Shown here one piece after another: positions 23,501 to 34,800 of a stretch of DNA of 64,000 nucleotides (positions within the stretch are counted from its first letter, which is position 1; every line of letters starts with the position of its first letter). The DNA lies in contig DF237309.1 of the NCBI GenBank assembly GCA_000708835.1, positions 1-64,000 of the forward strand, given 5' to 3'. The position numbers and the translations under genes were made by a program. This DNA is from Klebsormidium nitens. Its lineage: Eukaryota; Plantae; Klebsormidiophyceae. The notes beneath the pieces are model-generated. The model worked only from the letters and a program-made list of their open reading frames with translations. It made no database searches and was not told the origin of the DNA.

Positions 23501-26500
23501 GCGCTGCCCGGTCGGCAAGCTCACCGACTTCCCGCCTAAGTTCCCGGAGAGGCACCACCAGTGGCTCTCCTATAAGGTGGGGGCGCCAGTCGAGACTGCG
23601 GGGCGTCTTAAAGTCCCAAGGGAGAGGCAACCCTTCTGGTATCTGCTTCTGTCCGGACGGATGATCAGCACTTTGGAGGGGCCCTCACGATTCTTTGCTT
23701 GTCTCGTTGTTCTGCAGTTCGCCCTGGTTCTTCAGTCGCTTGACAATCGTCACTGCCGGTGCCTGAGGCTCAGGCAACCCATTCCGGCGAGAGGACCCAC
23801 GTCTTGCAACACAGGACATCCGTTACGCTCTGAATTGCACCCAAGGCCATTGCAATTACTGCTTGTAACAGCTGCGTGTGTGTGTGGCTGTGTGCAGCAC
23901 GCAGAGGGGCGCTTCTACTTCGTCCACACCGACGACCCCGGCCCCGGCACGTGGTATCGTCCCGAGGACCTGCTCGACATCCCCGAGTACATCACCGGTG
24001 CGTACGTGGGGCAGCCGGCACCAGGGGGATCCCCCATTCCAGGACAAAGTTTATATATACGTGGGCTGCGTTTCATTGGCATATTTTCGAGCCATCCTGT
24101 TCTGGCTGGTGCCCTATCTTCTGTATACCGCTGATCTCTTACCTTGCATTCTCGGCGGTGCCCTGACGTGTGTTTCGTGGTTGTCCCAGGCTGGCAGCAG
24201 GTTCTCGGCACCGGCCCGGGGTCGATGTCGTACTACCACGTGGACGAGTGCCGGAGCCAGAAAGCCCTTCCTGCCGTGCTGGCCAAGGCGCGTCTGCTGC
24301 AAGAGCACTGCCCCTTCTTGACACCCCACCTGGCCGCGCGCAGGTTTCCGGCCTTCCTGAAGCATATGGAACAGGCCAAGACAGAGGTGCGGTGACCGAT
24401 TCTGCACTTCGTCCTTGGTTTGTGACTTTAGTCTGGTACTGTACGTTCTGCTCCAGTAATTAGGATCGTAGAGCAGACGGTTCCAGCAGTATCTCTTGGT
24501 AATTACTGCAGGAGTAGCAGACATTTGAAACTTTTCTGCGTCGCATTTCTTGATGCCCTCATATGGTGGGATAAGTTCCGTTGAAAGCTTTTCATCCGCG
24601 ATGTCGAGCATCAACCAGGTTATCTCTCGCAGCCTTCTGGAGGAAACCATCAAGCCCGCTCTTATGAATGCGACAAGCTTTCAGCGACTGGCCTTCGCGG
24701 CCATTTTCCCCAGCAGCAAACGCCCAGAAAGCCAAATCTTGTGACAAGCCAAAGATGCGATCTGCCGGCTGTGCAGGCGCACGCGGAGCGGCTCGCTGCG
24801 GAAGCTGTGGCGAAGTATCTGAAGGTTCCGCCGCCGTCCGTACCCAGTTCTGTACCTGACCCGCGGCCTCAGAGCAGCGGGAGCCAAGCACACGGCAGTG
24901 AGCGCAAGACTGCTGACAACAGCTCAGGGCCTTCCAACGGGAGTCAGCGCAAGGCGGCCGCTGACGGCAGCAAGGCGGCACCGGCGAAGCAGGGCGGGAC
25001 TTCGGGGCCGCGGTTTAGCGTGGAGAATTTCCAGCTGACACGCTACCGGCGGATGCAGGAGCAAGTTTACCACGACTGGCAGGCCTACAAGGTGCGCCCC
25101 CCGCTGCAAAGCACCCGACTCTCCGCTGTTGCTCGTCCATCGCTCTTCTTTTGATTTTGCATGAGCGGACGTAAAGTAGGCACTTTTTTTGTCTGTGTCC
25201 AAGCAATGCTGCGAAGCAAGAAACCTGCTCTGGTGTCGTCAAACGTTTATGTCAACGATCTTTCTCCCGATCTTGCCGTTGCACGTAGATTATTTGGCAG
25301 TCTGAGTCTGATGGTTTGCTCGTCGGTCCGCTGTGCAGCACGCAGACGGGCGGCTCTACTTTGTGCGCGAGGGCGACCCCGGCCCCGGCACGTGGCGCAA
25401 GCCGTACGACCTGCAAGACGCCACAGAGGGCCTCTCGGGTAAGCGCTTCAACCTTCTAAATCGCGAGTTTGTTTGCGTTCTGCCTAGCACACGCGCAAGG
25501 CTGCGTGTACACCGCGTCAGCTGGCCTATCGGTGCTGGGCTGCTCTAGCGATCCAATCGAGTTTCGCTTTCTTGCAACGAACCGTCAGAGTTAGGCAGAA
25601 CTTTACCGAAGGTGTCTCAACTTCAGATCAACTTCAGATCATGATACAAAGCTCTGCACTATGATGACCGTGGGTGTGCTGTGCGCACGTGCAGGGTGGC
25701 AGGATCTGACAGACGCGGATGGGCGACCGTACTACTGGCACGACGGCCAGCAGCGTCGCTCAACCGCGCTCCCCGAGGAGCTGCGGCAGGCACGGGACCT
25801 GGCGGACCGAGAGTCGGGGAATTACGGGCCACTGCCCGACCCGGCAGAAGTGATTGACCTCATGCTCACAGCCAAGACGGTGAGGGGTCATTCGCTGGGT
25901 CCTCACGGTGATTTCGGTTGCGGATTGTTTACTGCATGCAGCATCTGCTGTTTGTAGACCATGAATTGCCGTTGGCGAATTGTACGCCAGGGCTGCTCAG
26001 AGCACAGTGTGCTAGGAATCAATGTCGACGGCTTGCTTCTCGAAGAAGTTGGCTCCGTTGCAAACGTGCATGCAGCCTGATCTATTGTTTCGTGTGCCTT
26101 GGCAGCCCGAAGATGTCACGGAGGGGATCATGCGCGGCGCACTGACGGCAGGCATGACCGAGGCGGACAAAGCGGTGATGCACCGGCTGGTGGCGGCCAA
26201 GATGGCGGAGAAGTGGCCCGAGGTGCAGGCAGCACAGCCCAACCCCGCACCCGCCCGGAACAGAGCCCCGGGGGCCAACGCGACGCCCAGCGGGGCGGCC
26301 GCGAGGTCCGGAGCGGCTGACGGGAAGAGCGGGAAAGCGGGGGCGCAGGCTGACGTCAGCAGAAGGAAAGAGGACGCCAACGGGAGGCGAGATGGGGCGG
26401 TCAAGGGGGCCGCCGGGGCGGGGACAGCGACGAGCAGCGGGGCAAAGGCGGGGACAGCAGGCACGACTCCCTCGGACGAGGACGCGGCGGCGGGCGAGGA

Positions 26501-27071
26501 TGCAGGGGAGGGCGGGTACCGGGTGGGGCCGGGCGGGGAGCGCGTGAAGGTGTGCTGGAGCTGCGGCAAGGACGAGACGGAGGCCGGCAAGTTCAAGAAG
26601 TGCGACGCGTGTGCGCGGGCGCGCTACTGCTCACGTGAGGCCGCCCCTCCTGCGCAAAGCCACCCAATGTTGTCAAGACGTCTGCGTCATGGAGCGTATT
26701 TCGGTGCAAGCAAGAGTCACCAGCTTGCAAAAGTCCGGTCAATCCTGTCTTGCTTCCTTGCTCCCCAGCTTCTGTTCTGAGTGCCATCCATCTCTGCCTC
26801 AAAAATGATGTTTAGTTGTTCATCTTAACTGTCTCCGTCCACTTATGCTCCAAGTCGCGGCCACTGAGGAAGGCTTGCGCCACATGGTCGGACTAAGCGG
26901 AGTACCTGGCAAGTTTTTCCGAAGTCGACAGATGTAAGCCGCTTTCAATGTATGTGTGCTGTCTTGGCTGCAGGCGATTGTCAGCGCGACCACTGGAGGT
27001 CGCACAAGGACGTGTGCAGAGAATGGGCGGCGGAACGGCTCAAACGAAAGCTGGCAGCCAACAACGGATGA
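20597..27071 (+). CDS. MYND zinc-finger protein with three internally repeated WW-WW-like modules and two IDYSKW..SDD motifs
   Basis: C-terminal CWSC..KKCDACARARYCSRDCQRDHWRSHKDVC (MYND; last exon from ~26974). Three copies of W..Y|H.(D/E)GR.YFV....GTW..P.(D/E)L.D..E..|GWQ. One-base frame break in a 10-G run at 21197-21206. Confidence 0.85.
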
Positions 27072-28258
27072 ACGCTGTTCGGAGCTGCACTGCTGGTTGG
27101 TGCTCGGAAGATCGTAAAAAGAGGTTTTATTGGTCGTCAAGACACAATTATTGGTAGGGGTTGATCGAGGTTTTGATGTAACGTCGTTCCGACGCACCAG
27201 ATTGCTGATTACCCGACTTTAGGTACTACGGTCCGGCCCAAAATCGTTGTCCCATCGAGGATGATGAAATAGACACTCGAGAACACAGCATATGCATGGG
27301 CAATCTGGGTCGGGGCCGCTGCTGTGCAGCTTGCGTGCAGCCGTCGGCGCCAATGAATCCATGTCGATGGTCATGAGGTGCCCTCCGACATGCCACCATG
27401 TCGGCATGCCATGACATCAGGCTTGACAAGCTAAGCGAGTCTTAACGTCGGCCCGGGCGTTGATCTACTGAGCTGTGGGGCGTCATTAACTTATATACAT
27501 TAATGTATATATTTGTAGCTGCCGCGGCCGGGCGCGGCCGGCGCCCGCGGCCCTCAGCTCGATTCATACTAAGCTTAGCCCGATCGACTTAAGTGTTTCA
27601 ATCATACCTTCTGCCCTTTTTGTGGTAGGTGCTGGCGGCTCCCGCGTCGGATCAGTATACGCACACATGCAGCCGCGCTAGCTGCAATTGATCTGATCCT
27701 GCGATCGTTGCATTGCAGGCACGGCCCGCTGCGGGCCGGACGTAGTGCCACCCGGGCACCAATTTGGAATTAGTACGTCTTGTACAACTTGTATACCATG
27801 CCGCCATGTACGGTACGTATACATGGTCACTAAGTTCTTTCCATACATCGATGTCGCGCGGCTGCAGCTTTCGAGGATAAAAGCATGCAACCGAGTGCAT
27901 GCGCACCGGCCATATGAGCTTCCGATGTTCCGGACCCCGGGGCCACCGGCAGCCGTGAAGGTTCCTTGACAATATATTAAAGTCACCGCTTTCATAAGAT
28001 AATGGGTGCAGCTTGTGCCCGGGGCCGGTACATATAGTCACGCTGACGAATTATAAGACTGATCATTGCTCTTGAACTGCTCAATGAAGCAATGTTTTGT
28101 GGAAAGTGGTTGCATGCCGCCAGACTCGAATTGGAGCATCAAGGAGCTTGCAAAGGCCAATCCCATGCATCCAAACGGAGTGGGCAAAATGTATACTAAC
28201 GAGGACCTGGCACCTGACACAATTGCGATCGGCCATAGCAAGAAAGAACAATGACTAT

Positions 28259-31077
28259 TTATCCGTTGTTGCACAAAAGAAACACCGCAACCCCCAATGC
28301 AAACGTCCCCGCAAGCAAGCCGGCCCCAAACAGTTTCGTCCTTCCATCCGGCGTCCCCGTCTCTTCCAATCCTATCCGCGTTTTCCTTTCCAAAATGTCC
28401 CGCACTCGGTCCATGTCCCCATCCTTGGCCGCTTTCCGCAGCGCGTCCTCTCGTTGCAGCCTGTTCTCTTGCCGTGGGCTGGTGGCCCGCCAGAGCATGA
28501 CCCCCACGAAGCAGCCCAGCACGACGTCCACCGAGTAGTGGTGCCGCTCGCGCACCTCGCGCATGCCCGAGTGCGCCAGCAGCGCCCACACCGCAGCGCT
28601 CGTCCAACCGGGATACACGTCCTGCAGCGCAAGACTTAATACCCTTCACTGAGTCTTAAACGAAGGCGACCAACATTTGCGACTGCTGTAAACTCTCCTC
28701 GTGGTGAGTCCGTTTAGGTGATGCAGGTCGAAGGCAAAAACGGCTCATCACAGATGAAGCGAAGCCAATTCACAGAAGCAGCATCTGCTCAACCAGTAAG
28801 GGTCGTTCACAGATGCAACTATTTGCTTCCTGAAGGACGCCTTAGCCTCAAAGCAAAGCCCAGATACCGGTCTCTTTCATAGCGAAGCACCCCACATAAT
28901 ACCAGAGACCTGCAGAGTCCACTTAGCTCATCACTTTGCTGGTGATATCAGGATAAACATGGTTACACGCACTCACCTGGAAGGCTGCCGCAGTGAGGGC
29001 GGCGACCAGCATGTGGCCGCTGAAGACCAGGTCGTTGCAGCCGCCCCCCGCCCGCTTCAGCGTGGTGAACCAGTCGTCGCTGGACTCGGGCGTCGGGCGC
29101 AGGAAGGGCGCCAGGAACTGGAGGCGGCCCCACGCAGGGACGAACTCGGGCGGGGACTCCGAGGGCGGGGCTAGCAGCGGGATCAGGAGGTGCGTCAAGC
29201 GGAGTTAGAATGAGGCATCCAGCAAAGAGATATGAGCAGGCCCCGCGTGGCGGCGACGAGAAGCTGCAAGCGTAAGGAAAGTAAGAAGTGCTACCCAGCG
29301 AATCCAAAAGAATTTCCGGATTTCTTATGCGCGTGAGGGTAGATTGTATACATTCAATCATCCTTGCAGTCGCAGGTAGTAGGTGCCGTTTGACGACGAG
29401 ATACTCCGCTACGTGACCGTTGATGCGCTATAAGAGTGTACTGCAGCTGACCTGCAGCGCGGTGGTCCTTGAGGAGGCCCCACAGCGCCATCTGGTCGTG
29501 GGCATACGGCAAGTGGTACTGTTGGGCCCAGGGGGACGCGTGGGCGGGGACCTGGAAGCGGTGGGGGCCGCACCTGCAGCAGCCACAACCGATCAATCAA
29601 GGCTTGTAAAACTCTATCCTCCGGGACTTATTGAAAAAGGAGAGACCTCGACTGATGCGTCCCAAAACGCTCCATTGCAGGGCGGATGCAATAAAACCAG
29701 CCCCACGAGCAGGTTCAGAAGAGTCTCCTTGCTTAGAAGCCGATAAATCTTAAATGATAACCCCGAAATTCGTAGAGCCCACTACCCCAAAAGCATGCCT
29801 TGCGGCACAGCGCAGCACTGACCAGGGGCGTGGCGAGGGCAGGATGGTGCCCACGAAGGCGAGGGTGCGCAGGAGGCGGCCCCAGGCCATGGCGCGCATG
29901 TACTGGGCGCCAATGTGGACGCCGGGGCGGGGCGTGCAGCCCCACAGGGTGGAGAAGCACAGCATGAGGAACAGCGCCAGAAAGTGGTGCAGGCCCAGCA
30001 GGGGGGCGCGCAGCAGCGCTGTCACGGGGGCCGGCAGGCGCTCGTCCAGGGCCTGAAACAGCCACTGCAAAGAGACAGGGAAAGGGTGAGCTGGGAGATC
30101 AGTGGGCGGTTCCAAATTGGGCAAGGCAAGGTTTTAACGAAGAAACAACTTTAGGACGATTTCAGAGTTTGAGTGTACTATGAGAACGAGCGACGACGTT
30201 GCAGGGTGGGTTTGGGTACTGTTTGAGTGGAGCAAGCAGTTGACTGAGGGAGGAGAGCTGTATTCATGCATTGGGGGCCACGTACCTGACCCGTATCGGG
30301 GAGTGGGGGCTGTGACCTGCACAACCAAATGCAAGCAGTTGGGAGAAGCTGTGCCACACTCATCTCCAGAAAGCGTAAATCAAGTATCTTCCACATTCAT
30401 GAATTGCCGGAGGTTCCAAAGTATCATTTGTCCGCTTGTGTGCCCCTGATTCTGCTGGACTCACCTGTGCCAGTCGAGGCCCATGAGCGCTGTCACAAAG
30501 TGCACCCCAAACACGGCCTCAAATGCCAGGCTGGCCACCATGAAGAGCATGGACAGCAGGAACAGCGGCACATGGCGTGCTTCCTGGGCCCAGCCTTCGT
30601 ACGCAGGGATTCTGGATCAGAATGACAAGCGTGGATCTCATTGTCTGAATTCGCAAACAAGGTGAAGGCAAATCTGAAAGCGGCAGCACTGAAGAGGGTC
30701 CCTCTAAGACTTCCGTTGTCTCAAGTCCAAAAAAGGGGAACGGCAATGTAAGGGCCCACCAAACCCTAATTCTCGACAAGTCTGTATGAGCAATCAGGAA
30801 AGCAACATGGTGCCCATGCAGTGTTGCAGGCTTTAAAAGCTTATTGCTGAGGTCTCAGCATTATGTTCTTGCTGAAGTCTTAGTGGGCGCCCATGCCAGC
30901 GTTTGCTCACCTGCTCAATGCTGCGCACCCTAGGATTGCCCACACCCCGATTCGGACGTAAGTTGCCCAGGTGGCGGGGAGCCAGGGCAGCTGGTCCACC
31001 ACAAAGTCCAGAAGAAGGTAACCGAGCGCCACCGGCCCTAGGAAACCATGAGTTGATTTTGGGCGGCCTTTCATCAT
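28259..31077 (-). CDS. Sphingomyelin synthase-like / PAP2_C family membrane protein (At1g43580-like)
   Basis: RLLRTLAFVGTILPSPRPWC, GGGCNDLVFSGHMLVA and REVRERHHYSVDV catalytic-type motifs; several TM segments; stop TAA at 28259-28261. Confidence 0.88.
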
Positions 31078-31848
31078 TCTGAAGGTCTGATAGGAAAATG
31101 AATGGGGCCCCAAGATGGACCAAAAAAAGCATAGTCTTGTGTATCACTGCGCTTGAGCCTTGAGGCTTGAGGTCTTGCCTCACACAATGCCTCACACATG
31201 TCACTGTAAGCTGTTAAGAACAGCACAATGCACACGCAGGCTGGGGCCTGTCTTAACCAAACCCAAACCAAATCGGGTTCCGCCCAACAAAAGCTTCACG
31301 CTGTACCGTACGATGATAAGTACGGGGATTTGAAGGCCTTGATTCTGGCGGGTGTTTGAACTTTCAAAATTCAGGTTTACAAATTCCTGGTGCCTCTGCA
31401 GGGTCTGCACAGGACGTTCCCGTGCAGAGCTCAGATCGAGAGGCAGTCTTCAAAGGACTTCTCTGGTCATGCGCAGTGTTTGTTGAGCTGGCTCCTAGTG
31501 CCTAGCAATGGAAAGCTGGCGGAGCAGGCAACATTGCATGGTTGGAAAGTCAGCCGTATGGTACGCTGGCGGGTCACAATCCATAGAAGATTGCCCATGC
31601 CAAGATTTTCTAGAGCACTTTAGCGATAAAATGCTGGTTGCTTTTCAGCGCTGCTCAAAGCTGATCATGGCGGAAGCTCATTGAGATCATGCTGCTGAGC
31701 AATCTGGACTACAGTGCTAACCAAGGTGGTTGACCTAAAAATTTGCAGCATCCATTTTTGAAAAAGCAAAGGGGAAGCTGAGCAGGAAGTGTCAAAAAGC
31801 TGTGATTGCTGAAGTCACATAATCTAGCAGTTGTCCACCTGACCCAAG

Positions 31849-34800
31849 ATGGCGGCTGCAGAGGAGCACGAGGACGATTGCGACACCAGGCCTCCAATAT
31901 TTGAAGGTGTCCGCTTTGCTCTGCTGGGCTATGACGCTGTGCACGCAGCAGAGGTCAGTCCCTTCAGCCGTGATGCTCCTCTTTGGAGCTCGCCGCCGAC
32001 TGATTATGATCTTTCACTAGTTTTTGTTATATCCACAGGGGAGTGAGTTCTGTACTTGAACTGCTTGGATTCTGCAAAACCAGGTACTGAGAAGGCAATC
32101 CTTGTTGATAACATTGATAACATGGACCATGAAACGTCCATAGCCTCTTACAGTCATGAGCAAATCTGTGTTTGTGTTTGGGCAGCTGCGGTCCCTGCTG
32201 GAAGGTGAAGGGGCTCAAGAGGTGGTCGATGCAAGCGAGGTGCCCCCGGGCTGCACACACCTGATCACAGCGTACAACTATGACGATCCTGCCTGCCTTT
32301 CGGCCAGGCAGGCAAAGGTCGTGGTCGTGCGAGCACTTTGGGTGGAGCACTGCATGAGGCACGGGCCGGTTAGCCCCCACCGGGTGAGACCATGATTCCT
32401 TTGCAGGGGCCCGCGCTTTTTTCCATACTGGATGTCATTCTCCAACCTTGTTCCAGGGCACACATGTCGTTGTGACTACCGCACTCTTTGGAAGAGAGCT
32501 CCCAGCCTACAGCATTCATTTGAGAGGAGCTCAAGCAGAACTTCCTGCCACGTCAAGCAGCAGCATTGACTCATTTCTCGGTGGCATTGCAGGTGGTGTA
32601 CCAGCCCCCCCGCCCATCCGCCCCACTTGCTGGGGCGGCCTCGCTGCAGATCAGCCTCACGGGCTACAAAGGCATCTACCGCACCACTATCATGGTACGT
32701 GAGACTTCGCAGCCATTTCATCGCCCGCGATGGGTGCAGGACAGCAGATGCTGCAAATAAGTGAACGTTTGCGTCCTAGTGACATTGCTCAGACTCTCAG
32801 ATCATGCCCTGTCGAGCCTTGCAGGCGCTGTGTGAGCAAATGGGTGCGGTGTACACTAAGGAGCTGTCCGCGGGCAACACGCACCTCATCTGCTACGAGT
32901 TCAAAGGTCAGGAGCGCACTTCTCACGAGGCTTTGCCGTCGTTATTTGTGCTACCAAGAGTGGCTGCATAGATTCATGGAAGCAGACTGCTTCCTTGAAC
33001 ATGTGGAAGCTGCAGAAGCCCGGGACTATATTTGCAATGTCTATGTCTAGCAGTCAGCTCCAAGGTGTGGATACACCCATTCCCCTGCCTGCAACTCCTG
33101 TTCTGCGCTGTTTGCATCCAGCATTCTGCATGCTACCAGATTTCCTTGAACTTTATCTGCAATGCTGCCCTCTCCGCTGCCCTGACCGCGGCTTTCAGTA
33201 TGAGCCTCTCTCGTGCTGTGTTTCCAGGCGAGAAGTACAACTTTGCGCGCGAGCGTGAGCTGCACCTGGTCAACCACCGCTGGCTGGAGGACAGGTGAGG
33301 GCACCAAGCTGCAATCCCTTACCCTCCGACAGCAGAACACGGGTAGAGAAGAGATGCAGAATGAAGAGTTTGAATTCTCTGGTCAAGCATGCGTTGTGCG
33401 CAGCTCAAAGGGCCTCGTCTGCCTCGCAACCCCACTTTGTGGTGCTTGTTTGACCCTCTCTGTCTGCTTCTCTGTCTCAGCTTGCGCCTGGGTGCCCTGC
33501 AACCGGAAGAGCACTATACAGAGCTCAGGTATGCCGCACCCCCACAACCTCTTTTCAGCATTGAACCTGCCCAAAATGACAGAAAGCGCGAATCCTCGAG
33601 TAGCCCCAAACGCACCTCTTGCGTGCGCTTCCCTTTTTGACAATGGTCAGCCTTGATTCAACCGTTCCAGTACATGTTAGGGGTCTTCACCCATCTGAGT
33701 GGGTTTCCAAAGCTTGTAATTCGCTGGATTCTATTTACTCGCTTAGCCGCTGTGTTGTGTTGATACAGCGGTCAGGAGGTGGAGGCTGCAGAGGAGGCGG
33801 AAGACCCAGCTGCGGAAGACGAGGCAGCGGCACAGGAGAAACAGTGCAAAGCAGAAGGTGAGGTGACAGGGGATGAGCGCCATGAGACGGCAGGAGAGGG
33901 GGTCACTGGCGGCACAGGAAATGAAGCTGAGCCCATGCAAGAAGATGACGACGGGGGAAATATGCAGACTGAAGAAGAGGCACTTCAAGGCAACGTCGAA
34001 GAGGGCTCGAAAAGTGGAGGCCCAGCGGAGGAGAACGTCGGCAGTGTGAGGCCCGAGCGGCGGGAGGGTTGGAAGGCTGCTGGGGCAACGGTGCGGGTGC
34101 AAAAGGGGCTGGGGTATCTGGCGGGCAGCGCACAGCCCCCTGGGTGGGAAGAAAAGGAGAGGGGCACGAGCAGGGGCAGCCCGAAGGGCGTGCAAAAGTA
34201 CCTGGACGAGATGTCGAGTCTTGCAAGCGGGGGCGCAGAAAAAGGACCTCTGGAAGGAGGGGGGTGGGAAGAAGAGGGCGGAAAGGACGAGGACGTTTCA
34301 TTTGCCAAGATGGGGCTGACGGAGAAGACGGCAAAGAGTGCTAACGAGGAAACGATCAAGGGGGCAGCTGAACCGGCGGAGCCGATGCGCAGTGTGCCTG
34401 AAGGAGAGGCAGCGGCAGAGGTAGAAGTAGGACCAGCTGTTGGGAAGGCAGGGGGCGGCAGGTTGAAGAAGGTGGGTGAAGCGGCCTGCCTGACACCAGT
34501 CGTAGAAAGTGGGGGAGCAAACGGCGTGGTGCCCCTGGAAGAGGAGGAAGAGGAAGAGGGGGGCCCAGCGCAGGCCAGCAGCAAAAAGGGGAGAAAGCGG
34601 GGGAAGAGAATCTTACTGGAGAGCGATGAGAGCAGCCAAGAGGGGGCCGCTGATGCAGCGACACATGAGCCCACAAGACCAGAGGCAGCAAATGAGGAGC
34701 AGGGGGAAGAAAAGGAAGACGGTATGGCAGAGCCGGTGCAGGGACCCGTGCAAAGAGAGCTTGCAGATGAGGGGGGCAGCGAGGGGTCAGGCGACGAGGC

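Noticed and set aside
27652-28041. Minus-strand ORFs with a weak PGGTTS..Q resemblance to pogo/DDE_1 transposase
   Set aside because: Only a few residues match; no catalytic D/D/E context; lies in a palindrome island where such ORFs arise by chance
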